A stretch of 55,827 nt of DNA from assembly GCA_027858435.1 (NCBI GenBank), contig JAQICS010000038.1, forward strand, positions 1 to 55,827, read 5' to 3'. This DNA comes from Patescibacteria group bacterium (GTDB lineage: Bacteria; Patescibacteriota; Patescibacteriia; Patescibacteriales; UBA12465). The notes beneath the pieces were generated by a model. That model was not told the origin of the DNA. It saw only the letters and a program-made list of their open reading frames with translations, and ran no database searches. Made by a program: the position numbers and the translations under genes. Positions 23,652 to 32,750 of the stretch are shown here, piece after piece; position 1 is the first letter of the stretch, and the number at the start of each line of letters is the position of its first letter.

Positions 23652-26600
23652 CTATTTCCAATATGTTGGAATACTGGAATAATTAGAAAGATTGACAGCA
23701 TCTTCAAAGCAATTTCCACCATCAGCAGAGCTGTGAGTGCTCCATAATTCTGGCGCTAAACCTGTTAATGTTGAATTGCCACTAAATGTTCCATTAAAAT
23801 TGGTTACTTGAGTAGTGTTGTTAAATAGGTTTTGTGGAATTGAAATTAAAGAATTATTGTTAAATGTTAAATCAAAATAAATTACTTTTGTAGTAGTGGC
23901 AAATAAGTTTTCTGGAATTTCACTTATGTTATTTGAATTAAAAGTCCAATGAAAAGAGCTTACTTCTGGGGTGTTGGCAAATAGGCTTTCTGGAATAGAT
24001 GTAATATCATTCCATGAAAATGTAGATTCAAAATTAGTGACATTTGGAGTATTAACAAATAGATTTTCAGGGATTTCACTTATATTATTAATACTAAATG
24101 CACGACTAAAACTAGTTACTTTTGTTGTTGTGACAAATAAATTATCTGGAATTAAATTTATTTCATTTCTATCAAAAATCCAACCGAAATTAAGAACATC
24201 TGTCGTGTTAGCAAATAGATTTTCAGGAATTTCACTTATATTATTATCAGCAAAAGCACTAGAAAAATTAGTTACCTTTGTTGTTGTGGCAAATAAATTT
24301 TCTGGGATTATGCTTATATTATTATTATCAAAAACACCCCCGAAATTAGTTACATTTGGAGTATTGGCAAATAAATTTTCAGGAATTTCGCTTATGTTGT
24401 TATAAGCAAAGATATTTTGAAAATCCTCAACCTTAGAATTGTTAACAAATAGATTTTCTGGGATTTCTGCTATATTGTTTCTATAAAAAGCCATAGCAAA
24501 ATCAATAACATCTGGATTATTAGCAAATAGATTTTCTGCAACTGTGTTTATATTGCAATCCATAAAAGCTCCATGAAAACTAGTAACTTTTGTAGTGCTA
24601 GCAAATAATCCAATTGGTATAGAAGATATGTCGTTATCGGCAAATGTATAAGCAAAAGATTCTACTTCAGTATTATATTTAAATAAATCATCAGGAATAT
24701 CTTGTATTAAAGTTTTCTTAAATGTGTTATTAAAATATTTAGCTTTAGTGTTATTGTCAAATAAACCTTCTGGTATTTCGGTTATACGACAATAAGAAAA
24801 CATGTTTGAAAAATCTTCTGCTTCCGTGTTGTAATCAAATAAGCCATCTGGGATTTCATTAATATCACAACTTTCCCAGTCATAAAATATTGAATTAAAA
24901 CTTTTTACTTTTGTATTATTGTCAAATAAGCCGGCTGGTATTGATTGTATTTGATTACCAGCAAACATGGAGCTTAAATCCTCTACTTCAGTATTATGCT
25001 TAAACAGATTAGCAGGAATTTCCCTAATTCTTCCAGACCAAGTATCAGCTGAAAACATTCCACTTAAATTCTTTACTTTAGTGTTATTATCAAGTAGTCC
25101 TGGAGTTATCGTTGCAATATTATGATCATGAAACATCCAACTAAAATCTTCTACATTAATTGTATTATCAAATAAATTATCTGGTAATCCGCTCATTGGA
25201 TTATCATAAAACATTTCACTAAAATTAATAACCTCTGTATTACTATTGAATAAACCATCAGGTAAATTGGTAATACCATTATTAAAAAACATGCGACTAA
25301 AATCTTCAACTTTGGTTGTGAAATCAAATAATCCTTCAGGTATTTCATTTAATTGACAATCTTCAAACATACCTTCAAATGTTGTAACCTCGTAGGTATT
25401 ATCAAATAAACCACTCGGTATTTGTCTTAATGGATTTTTATAAAACATATAGCTAAAATCTTCAACTTTAGTTGTGTAATCAAATAAACCGCTTGGTAAT
25501 GAATAGATGTCATTAAACAACTCATGGTCTTCTTCTAATATATCCACACCCTCCTCTGAATCCATCTGTATTGGATTATATGAATTGTAGAACATGTAAC
25601 TAAAATTTTTAACTTCGCTAGTATAGTCAAACAAACCATCCGGAATTTCCGAAACTTCATTTCCATAAAACATATAACTAAAGTCCTCTACTTTAGTAGT
25701 GTTATTAAATAAACCATCTGGAATAGCCGTAATAGCATTCCTATGAGTGGTATTATCTAGTAAGCCAAAAACTTCAATAGGTCCACCTGAGTAAATATAG
25801 GTGCTATAAAACATATAACTAAAATCTTTAACCTTACTCGTATTGTCAAAAAGTCCAGATGGTAGATAATCTATATTAGATCCATAAAAAGCATAGCTAA
25901 AGTCTTCAACCTCTGACACATTATCAAACAATCCATTAGGAATAATATATATAGAAGTACTATTAAAAGCATTTCTAAAACTATTCACATTTTCTGCTCC
26001 AGTTATTGAAAAATTTGGAATAATTTCTAAATTTTCACAACCATAAAAAGAATTTTCAAATGAATCAAAATTTATATTTCCCCAACTAACAATTTCTAAC
26101 AAGTTATCCTTATTTCCTTCATTGTTAAAATAAATATGTGGAAAATAACCTGTTATGCTAACATCGTATTGACCACTCTCTAAATAATTATGAGATAAAT
26201 CTGGATCATCCCATGATGTTATTACTGATATCTCGCTGTCATCACCCCAATCAATTTCTGCAAAATATTCTTTTTCTGGATATGTAGGAATAACTAAATC
26301 TTCATTTTCATTCATATCAAAAGTCATTATAAACGGGCGAGTAAAATATGCAATAACAACTGTGTCATTTTCAATATTGTAGTCTGTTCTTGATGAGTCA
26401 GTTGAACCATCAGACCAATAAACAAACTGATTATTGCTGTCAGGTAAAACATAAACCGGTTGACCATCTTCACCCTTTGGAATTCTTTGTTCTATTTCAT
26501 ACTCATAAGAGACATCGATAGCGTTAAAATCAATACTATAATTTACATCAGTAGAATACCCATCCCAGTCCCAACCACCAATAACATATAAATTATCGTT

Positions 26601-29600
26601 AATAAACTGAGTAGTTGATTTAGATAAGTCTTCTGGTAAAGATGTAGAATATTCTGACCAAGAATCATTTTCAATATTATATTCATATATAGTTGAAACA
26701 TTATAAAAGTCAACAAAACCTCCAATATAATATATATTTCCGTTCTTCTCTACCAGCGAACCACCAGCCAAAGCTTCCGGCATAGAACTTAGGGTTTCCC
26801 AGGTATCGGTAGCTGGATCATAGCTTAAAGTCTGGTTGGAAAGATTCCAATCATCATCATGTCCACCAATGATATAAAAGATATCATTAACTTTAATGGC
26901 TTCTGTGCCTAGAGCATAGTTGGTAGGCATTACATCTCCTTCACGCCAAGTGTCAGTATCTGGATTATATATTTCAAAAAAGAAATTGGTTGCTTGTAAA
27001 TCAAAGTCTTTTTCTGATTCTTCTTTATCTTTAAATGAAGTAAATCCTGATAATCTTATTGGACCATCTTCTATTCCTCCTCCAAAAACATATATTTCAT
27101 TGTTATATACTCCACCAAATGGGTTAGTAATAGAAAAACTCATATCCTCTAACTGGGTAAATTCTTGAGTGTTAATATTATATTTAAGAGTACTTGAAGC
27201 TGGACCTTCTTCGGTTCTCCCTCCAAATATATACAAATTATCGTCAATATTTGCCACCATTGGATTAACTCTACCAAATGGCTTGGCTAACATATCTCCA
27301 GGATCAGAAGACATCATAGCTTCTTCACTCCATTCATCTACTTGACTATCATAGGAAATAATCATTGGTGAAATATTATCTTCATCATCACTATATCCTC
27401 CAACTAAATATATTGTATTATCAATAACTGAACTTCCTGCTCCAGCTAAGGAGAATGGAATACTTACTTTATTTTGCCAATCTTTGGAAATAAGATAATT
27501 AATATACTCTTCAGTTAAAAAAGAAAGATCTATTTTATAATTTGAATTGATTGGAGTAGTAGAATCAAGATTACTTATACCACCCATTAAATATAATTGA
27601 TTATTTACAATTGAAGGTGAAAATAAGGCATTTTCTCTGGACATATTAAAAACCTTAATCCATTTATCTTCTGGAATATTATATAAGTATATCTCATCAG
27701 TTAAATAACTACCGGGTCCTATATCTAAAGACACATTTTTTGGTCCTAATTCTTCTTCAGAATATTTAATACCACCAATTGTTAAATATAAATTATTATA
27801 TAAAACATAACTTGAATACTCAGTTTCCGTTGGTTTTTCGCTTAAATCACTATTCCATGCTTCTGTTACTGGATTATAAGTATATAATTTATTATTACTA
27901 TCAAAAATATAAAATAAACCATTGTTAAAAATAACTTTTTCGACTCCATAAAAAGTAGTAAAAGGTGATGATGTTCCCCATGACCATGATTCATCTATTG
28001 TGTCATATATTAAAACTTCATAATCAAATACCGTATAACTCTCCGCGTCTGTAAATGTTGAACCAATTAAATAAATTTTATCATTATAGACTCCTCCTTT
28101 TATATTTTCAAAAAAATAAAAATCACTACCTAACTCTCTACTAAATCCAAACTCAGACCAATCATCAAGCTCAATATCGTAGATTTCAGTACTAGGAGAA
28201 TTTAAATAGTAGTAATAATCATCATATCCAATTGAATATATTTTATTATCTACAACTGCAGAAAAAGAATTTTTCTTAGGATAAATCATATCGGACATTT
28301 TTTGCCATTCTTCATTTACAGTGTTAAATTTAAAAACTGAACTAGTTGCATTTAATTCATCTGTTCCTCCTAGTAAATAAATACTATCGTCAACAACCGC
28401 AGACGATGATTGAGCTAAATTAATTGGCAATGTTTGTTCGATTTCCCAATCTGCTATTTCTGTTGTTGTGGTCTCTGATTCTTCTGATGATAAAAAACCA
28501 CCATCTCCAGCCATATATGTTAAAGTTACATACTCAATTTCGTCATCTAGTTCAGGCTCAGGTGTTGAACCTCCGCCGCCTCCTCCAAAGACTGGTGGAG
28601 TTCCTGGGGCACCAATTGAATCAACTGATTCTGTGTCACCAAGAATTAGAACTTCAGTATTGCCATAATAGACTATATCTTCAGCGGTTATTACATAAGC
28701 CCTGATGTAGGGATATGATTTAGGAAGAAGATCTTTTATCTCAGCATTAATACTTAATCCGCTGTTTGTATCAACCAGTTTTCTTTTATGATTAGCTAGA
28801 GTTGGCTTTAGCTCTTCATCTTTGTTCATAGTGTAGTCAAAGAGAAAGCCTTTCTCTTTGAAGTCATAGCCTGAACTATCGTTAATAGTAGCTGAAACAT
28901 CGATAATACTAGTGAATTCTCTCATTAACTCTGGTTTATGAGTAGTAACAGTTATTTGGTTATTGTATTCTTCTTCTTCTTGATTATTATCATATACTAC
29001 TTCTTCATAGTCATATTCTTGAATTCCTTTTCCTTCTCTAACTGTAATTTGTTCTAGATTAGTATTAGTTATACCTAATCCTAGTTGTCTCATGATAGAG
29101 AATGCATCACTTGGTCTACCTAAGTAATGTCTGTTGTTATTGTCTGTGTCTATGTACCAAGCCTCTCCATTTCCCTCTACTTGGATAAATATCTTACCCG
29201 CTTGAGACTTAGCAAATGTCTTATCAAGTGGCTGTCTATCTACTCCGGTTGGACTATAGTTGTTTTCTACTTCAGTGTAATCACTGTATCCATCACTGTC
29301 TGTGTCAGGGTTGTTTGGTTCAGTACCAATAGCTATTTCAAAATCATCTGGTAGTCCATCACTGTCTGTATCTGTACCACTTAGATTATTTAGTGATAGT
29401 GGTATTTTATTTAAATTGTCATTAGTTATTCCTATTCCCTCTTCTCTCATGATAGCGAAAGCATCATGGGGACGACCAAGAAAACTTCTTAGATTATCAA
29501 GTGGGTTTAAATACCAGGCTTCACCATTATTTTCTACTTGAAGAAGAATACGGCCAGATAATCTAGTTGAGAGGTTATCACTTGCTTGAGCCTTAACTAT

Positions 29601-29687
29601 TACCTTATTAGATAATATTCCAAGAGATAGTATGAATAGAATAGATACTAGGTATATAGCCAGTTTTTTGGAGGATAGCTTGTTCAT
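23652..29687 (-). CDS. giant (2011 aa) multi-domain surface protein: signal peptide, 2 x GRILLQVE-NGEAWY modules, TSP3-like Ca-binding motifs, Ig/Fn3-like domain, Gly linker, 12 Kelch blades, about 30 x 26-residue surface-protein repeats
   Basis: Uninterrupted ORF with ATG start. The signal is ...VIVKAQA. DTDSDGLPDD and NPDTDSDGYSDY motifs. YPYIRAYVITAEDIVYYG. GGGGGGS. Twelve hhDxxhYhhGG Kelch signatures. IDWGDD...SHNY...WGN.NF then repeated F.N...V.DFS.MF....I..IP.GL units. Confidence 0.9.
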   Translation of the reverse strand: MNKLSSKKLAIYLVSILFILSLGILSNKVIVKAQASDNLSTRLSGRILLQVENNGEAWYLNPLDNLRSFLGRPHDAFAIMREEGIGITNDNLNKIPLSLNNLSGTDTDSDGLPDDFEIAIGTEPNNPDTDSDGYSDYTEVENNYSPTGVDRQPLDKTFAKSQAGKIFIQVEGNGEAWYIDTDNNNRHYLGRPSDAFSIMRQLGLGITNTNLEQITVREGKGIQEYDYEEVVYDNNQEEEEYNNQITVTTHKPELMREFTSIIDVSATINDSSGYDFKEKGFLFDYTMNKDEELKPTLANHKRKLVDTNSGLSINAEIKDLLPKSYPYIRAYVITAEDIVYYGNTEVLILGDTESVDSIGAPGTPPVFGGGGGGSTPEPELDDEIEYVTLTYMAGDGGFLSSEESETTTTEIADWEIEQTLPINLAQSSSAVVDDSIYLLGGTDELNATSSVFKFNTVNEEWQKMSDMIYPKKNSFSAVVDNKIYSIGYDDYYYYLNSPSTEIYDIELDDWSEFGFSRELGSDFYFFENIKGGVYNDKIYLIGSTFTDAESYTVFDYEVLIYDTIDESWSWGTSSPFTTFYGVEKVIFNNGLFYIFDSNNKLYTYNPVTEAWNSDLSEKPTETEYSSYVLYNNLYLTIGGIKYSEEELGPKNVSLDIGPGSYLTDEIYLYNIPEDKWIKVFNMSRENALFSPSIVNNQLYLMGGISNLDSTTPINSNYKIDLSFLTEEYINYLISKDWQNKVSIPFSLAGAGSSVIDNTIYLVGGYSDDEDNISPMIISYDSQVDEWSEEAMMSSDPGDMLAKPFGRVNPMVANIDDNLYIFGGRTEEGPASSTLKYNINTQEFTQLEDMSFSITNPFGGVYNNEIYVFGGGIEDGPIRLSGFTSFKDKEESEKDFDLQATNFFFEIYNPDTDTWREGDVMPTNYALGTEAIKVNDIFYIIGGHDDDWNLSNQTLSYDPATDTWETLSSMPEALAGGSLVEKNGNIYYIGGFVDFYNVSTIYEYNIENDSWSEYSTSLPEDLSKSTTQFINDNLYVIGGWDWDGYSTDVNYSIDFNAIDVSYEYEIEQRIPKGEDGQPVYVLPDSNNQFVYWSDGSTDSSRTDYNIENDTVVIAYFTRPFIMTFDMNENEDLVIPTYPEKEYFAEIDWGDDSEISVITSWDDPDLSHNYLESGQYDVSITGYFPHIYFNNEGNKDNLLEIVSWGNINFDSFENSFYGCENLEIIPNFSITGAENVNSFRNAFNSTSIYIIPNGLFDNVSEVEDFSYAFYGSNIDYLPSGLFDNTSKVKDFSYMFYSTYIYSGGPIEVFGLLDNTTHRNAITAIPDGLFNNTTKVEDFSYMFYGNEVSEIPDGLFDYTSEVKNFSYMFYNSYNPIQMDSEEGVDILEEDHELFNDIYSLPSGLFDYTTKVEDFSYMFYKNPLRQIPSGLFDNTYEVTTFEGMFEDCQLNEIPEGLFDFTTKVEDFSRMFFNNGITNLPDGLFNSNTEVINFSEMFYDNPMSGLPDNLFDNTINVEDFSWMFHDHNIATITPGLLDNNTKVKNLSGMFSADTWSGRIREIPANLFKHNTEVEDLSSMFAGNQIQSIPAGLFDNNTKVKSFNSIFYDWESCDINEIPDGLFDYNTEAEDFSNMFSYCRITEIPEGLFDNNTKAKYFNNTFKKTLIQDIPDDLFKYNTEVESFAYTFADNDISSIPIGLFASTTKVTSFHGAFMDCNINTVAENLFANNPDVIDFAMAFYRNNIAEIPENLFVNNSKVEDFQNIFAYNNISEIPENLFANTPNVTNFGGVFDNNNISIIPENLFATTTKVTNFSSAFADNNISEIPENLFANTTDVLNFGWIFDRNEINLIPDNLFVTTTKVTSFSRAFSINNISEIPENLFVNTPNVTNFESTFSWNDITSIPESLFANTPEVSSFHWTFNSNNISEIPENLFATTTKVIYFDLTFNNNSLISIPQNLFNNTTQVTNFNGTFSGNSTLTGLAPELWSTHSSADGGNCFEDAVNLSNYSSIPTYWK
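23655..26075. repeat. in-frame tandem array with a ~78-bp period (26-residue repeats) inside the giant gene
   Basis: About 30 units. The last ~10 (roughly 23.7-24.65 kb) are much more similar to each other than the upstream ones (ENLFANTPNVTNF.. / ENLFATTTKVTNF.. alternate). Confidence 0.85.
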
Positions 29688-29801
29688 GATATTAAATTAA
29701 ATTGAGTCAATGTATACAATAACTCTTTGTTTATTATTTATATTTTATATAGTTATTATAGCAGATTGTTGGTGCTAGGGGAATAAGGGTTTAATGATAT
29801 T

Positions 29802-29830
29802 AAAAAAGGACTCAGATTTTGTCTAAGTCC
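29802..29830 (-). terminator. intrinsic terminator ending the map-ruvX-recO operon
   Basis: Minus strand GGACTTAGA-caaaa-TCTGAGTCC (one G-U pair) followed by T6, 11 nt after the stop of the 78-aa ORF. Confidence 0.7.
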
Positions 29831-29840
29831 TTCATCTTGT

Positions 29841-30077
29841 TTAACCGGCATATTCTTTTTTATACCTAACAGAAGCTAGAGAAAAATTTGAAAACCTTCT
29901 TTCTTCTTTAATCCCTAAAAAAGAGTGTAAAATTTCAAGCCTCCCGTTTTCTTGCTCCTTGTAAATCTTTATATCACTAAAATCGGATAAAAGATTTAAC
30001 GCACGGTTAATTACTTGATGTTCTCCCAGACTGCCTTTAACTGGAAGACTTAGGCCATTTGCTCTTAGTACGTACAT
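29841..30077 (-). CDS. hypothetical 78-aa protein (possible Mur-ligase-like remnant)
   Basis: ATG start, and a terminator follows directly. G.H.VIN... and L.SFLG...RRF are faintly reminiscent of the Mur ligase middle/C-terminal junction. Confidence 0.35.
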   Translation of the reverse strand: MYVLRANGLSLPVKGSLGEHQVINRALNLLSDFSDIKIYKEQENGRLEILHSFLGIKEERRFSNFSLASVRYKKEYAG

Positions 30078-30095
30078 AATCGGTTCTTTTAAAAG

Positions 30096-30833
30096 TTATT
30101 TGATGTATATAATAAAATTATTTATTGTCTTGTAGGCCTCTTTAATTACTTTTTTTGAAAGTACGATTTTTTTAGTTATTTTATTATCTAAAAAATATCT
30201 TAGTACTATAATACAATTATTTGATATAGTCAATAAGTTATTTAAATTTTCCCATTCATTTCTCTTTTTATTTTGGTAACAATTTTGACACAATACACCT
30301 CCACTTAAGAGATTGAAATAATTATTGCCCTCTATAATTTTTTTCTTACAACTGACACAATTATATAGTTCCGGTAAATAGCCTGTTTCCTTTAGCAAAC
30401 TTAAACTAAAACGGAGTTTATATAGTAAAGATTTTTCTTCACTAAAATCTACTTCATCATTTATTGTTCTAAGATAAGTATCAAGTAGTGAAAATAATCG
30501 TTTGTCTTCTACATTTTCTTTAGTTAAAGACAGAAATAATCTTACAACCTCCTGGACACAAATCACTTTATCATAATCCTCTCTGAGTTTTAGAAAACTA
30601 TTTTCAATTACCGCCGCACTTAAATAATCAAAGCCTTTTCCTTTAATTATCATGATTTTTGATCTAACAAGTATTTCTAAATGACCAGCTAATTTAGAGC
30701 CTTGTTTTTGTATTCCCCTGGCTACTAATTCTAATCTGCCAATATCTTCAGTATAAACTGAGATTATAGCATCAGCTTCTTTATATGGTTTGGAGTTTAG
30801 AATAATGGCTGAGGTAGTAAAACTATCGGCCAT
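30096..30833 (-). CDS. recO: DNA repair protein RecO
   Basis: N-terminal OB pattern (AIILNSKPYKEADAIISVYTEDIGRLELVARG) and a CxxC...CxxC zinc motif (CVSCKKK...CQNC). Confidence 0.8.
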   Translation of the reverse strand: MADSFTTSAIILNSKPYKEADAIISVYTEDIGRLELVARGIQKQGSKLAGHLEILVRSKIMIIKGKGFDYLSAAVIENSFLKLREDYDKVICVQEVVRLFLSLTKENVEDKRLFSLLDTYLRTINDEVDFSEEKSLLYKLRFSLSLLKETGYLPELYNCVSCKKKIIEGNNYFNLLSGGVLCQNCYQNKKRNEWENLNNLLTISNNCIIVLRYFLDNKITKKIVLSKKVIKEAYKTINNFIIYIK

Positions 30834-31224
30834 ATTTACTACAATTTTTTTCTAAATAGTCTTGAAGTATAATAGCGGCAGCTATTTCATCACGACCAGC
30901 CTTTTGATTCTTTGTTCCCTCAAGCGCATCACCAGCAAGAGAACTCAACCTCTCATCAAAAACCTCTACAACACAATCTGTTTCTGATCTAAGTTTATTT
31001 AAAAAATTTAACCATTTAGGATTATTCGCTTTAACACCACTCATTTTATCAGGTGAGCCTAGTACAATAATTTCTGTTTCTTCTTCTTTTATTACCCCTT
31101 TTAACTCTGATAACGTAGCTACTGTTTTAAAAGGTAGGGCTAAACAAGTATCACTATCACCTGTTGCTATACCTATTCTTTTTTCTCCCCAGTCAATTCC
31201 TAAAAGGTTAAAAATCTTTTTCAT
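30823..31224 (-). CDS. ruvX: Holliday-junction-resolvase-like nuclease YqgF/RuvX
   Basis: LGIDWGEKRIGIA N-terminal motif and ERLSS...A C-terminal motif; 133 aa. Confidence 0.85.
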   Translation of the reverse strand: MKKIFNLLGIDWGEKRIGIATGDSDTCLALPFKTVATLSELKGVIKEEETEIIVLGSPDKMSGVKANNPKWLNFLNKLRSETDCVVEVFDERLSSLAGDALEGTKNQKAGRDEIAAAIILQDYLEKNCSKYGR

Positions 31225-31226
31225 AT

Positions 31227-32060
31227 TTATTTATCAGTTAATATTTTATATCCATCTTTTGTAACTAAAATTGTATGTTCAAAATGAGCACTTGGTAGTC
31301 CGTCTTTAGTAACAACTGTATATTCATTATCTAAGAAATCTATTTGCCAAGTTCCCAGATTTATCATTGGTTCAATGCAAATTATCATCCCCTCCTTGAG
31401 TTCAATATTCTCAGGTGAGTTATCTTTAATTGTATAATGAAAAATATCAGGAGCTTCATGCGCTTTGTAGCCCACTCCGTGGCCAACAAAATCACGTACT
31501 ACACCAAAGTCATGACTTTCAGCTAAGTCTTCAATGACTTGAGCTATATCATTTAACCTAGCACCGTCCTTAACCTTACTTATTCCTTTGTATAAACAAT
31601 CTCTAGTAATATTTAGTAACTTTTTATTCTCTTTGGAAATAACTCCAACACCAACAGTTTTACACATATCAGTATAGAAACCACCAAGTTCTGAATGTTT
31701 GTTAGTTGGAAAATTATTATCTTCTCTTATACTTTCATTAATTGGCCATTCCATACCAACATCAATATCTACAATATCACCAGATTTAAAGACCTTGTCT
31801 TTGTCAGCTGATCCATGAATAATTTCCTCATTTAAAGACACACATAGTGCGGTTGGAAAAAATATTCCATCACCTAAAGGATAGTTTTTAAAAGCAGGTC
31901 TGCCCCCGGCTTTTTTAATTTCAGAAACAGCAACTTTTTCAAGTTCAATGGCTGATACTCCTGGTTTTGCCAGCGAAGAAACCTTTTCTAAAATTCCATT
32001 TAAAATTTTTCCTCCTTCTCTTATTACCTTTATTTCTTCTTCTGATTTAATATATATCAT
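31227..32060 (-). CDS. map: methionine aminopeptidase type I
   Basis: Metal ligands lie in the expected blocks (DIVDIDVG, GHGVG, ICIEP, HFEHT). Confidence 0.9.
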   Translation of the reverse strand: MIYIKSEEEIKVIREGGKILNGILEKVSSLAKPGVSAIELEKVAVSEIKKAGGRPAFKNYPLGDGIFFPTALCVSLNEEIIHGSADKDKVFKSGDIVDIDVGMEWPINESIREDNNFPTNKHSELGGFYTDMCKTVGVGVISKENKKLLNITRDCLYKGISKVKDGARLNDIAQVIEDLAESHDFGVVRDFVGHGVGYKAHEAPDIFHYTIKDNSPENIELKEGMIICIEPMINLGTWQIDFLDNEYTVVTKDGLPSAHFEHTILVTKDGYKILTDK

Positions 32061-32108
32061 ATTACTACACTAATTATTTTTATATTTTATTATTAATAAT
32101 TATTATTT

Positions 32109-32342
32109 TTATTTTTTAATTTTTTTATATCTTGTATATGCCATCTTTTGTAATTCTCTTCCTGAAGAACCTAAGGATCTCATTTTTTCATAATTTAAAA
32201 AAGCTTTTTTTTCTTTAACTGATGAAAATTTACTAGTTCTAAGTTTTTCAATCCTACTCAAACTTGAATTGTTTGAATTTAAATTATCATTATTCTTTGA
32301 ATTACTGTTGTTTACATTAAGTAATTTGCCATCTATACTCAT
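32109..32342 (-). CDS. hypothetical small basic protein (Asn/Ser-rich N-terminus)
   Basis: 77-aa ORF with ATG start, in the same operon as map. Confidence 0.4.
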   Translation of the reverse strand: MSIDGKLLNVNNSNSKNNDNLNSNNSSLSRIEKLRTSKFSSVKEKKAFLNYEKMRSLGSSGRELQKMAYTRYKKIKK

Positions 32343-32357
32343 ATTTCTTATGTTATA

Positions 32358-32657
32358 TTATTTAAAGCTTTCAAGTAGTTTATATATTTGCTTTAAATCA
32401 GTTGATGATAGTCCAAGGTCTAATCTTTTATGATATAGTTTATACCTATCTCTTTTAATCATAGTACTAGTAATATTATAGCCTTTTTCAATTCTTCTTT
32501 CATATTTATCAAGTATATCCATTACTACTTTTCTATCACTTTTACTTAAATTATTATACTTCGAACTAGTAGCAATTAAACTCCCCAATCTTTTAGCAGT
32601 TTTTCTGTTTGTTTCTTTAAGTAGTTTTTTGCTATTTAAATCACTTAATGATTTCAT
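32358..32657 (-). CDS. hypothetical small basic protein
   Basis: 99-aa ORF with ATG start, preceded by TGATATAAT at 32690-32698 (minus strand). Confidence 0.45.
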   Translation of the reverse strand: MKSLSDLNSKKLLKETNRKTAKRLGSLIATSSKYNNLSKSDRKVVMDILDKYERRIEKGYNITSTMIKRDRYKLYHKRLDLGLSSTDLKQIYKLLESFK

Positions 32658-32697
32658 ATATTTAAATTATTTATAATTTACCTAAACATATTATATC

Positions 32698-32727
32698 ATA
32701 AAAAAAGACAGCTATGAAGCTGTCTTT
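32698..32727 (-). terminator. intrinsic terminator after secY, abutting an extended -10 box
   Basis: Minus strand AAAGACAGC-ttcata-GCTGTCTTT followed by a T-run, and then TGATATAAT. Confidence 0.7.
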
Positions 32728-32750
32728 GAAATATTTCAGATGTTTTCTAG

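Noticed and set aside
23971-24405. 144-aa plus-strand ORF (repetitive NRFSGISLILL...)
   Set aside because: It is an antisense reading of the giant gene's repeat array. Its periodicity simply mirrors the sense repeats.
23655-26075. Regularly spaced ~78-bp DNA repeats that could be mistaken for a CRISPR array
   Set aside because: They lie inside one continuous 2011-codon ORF. The period equals 26 codons. There are no unique spacers between conserved repeats, and no cas genes or leader.
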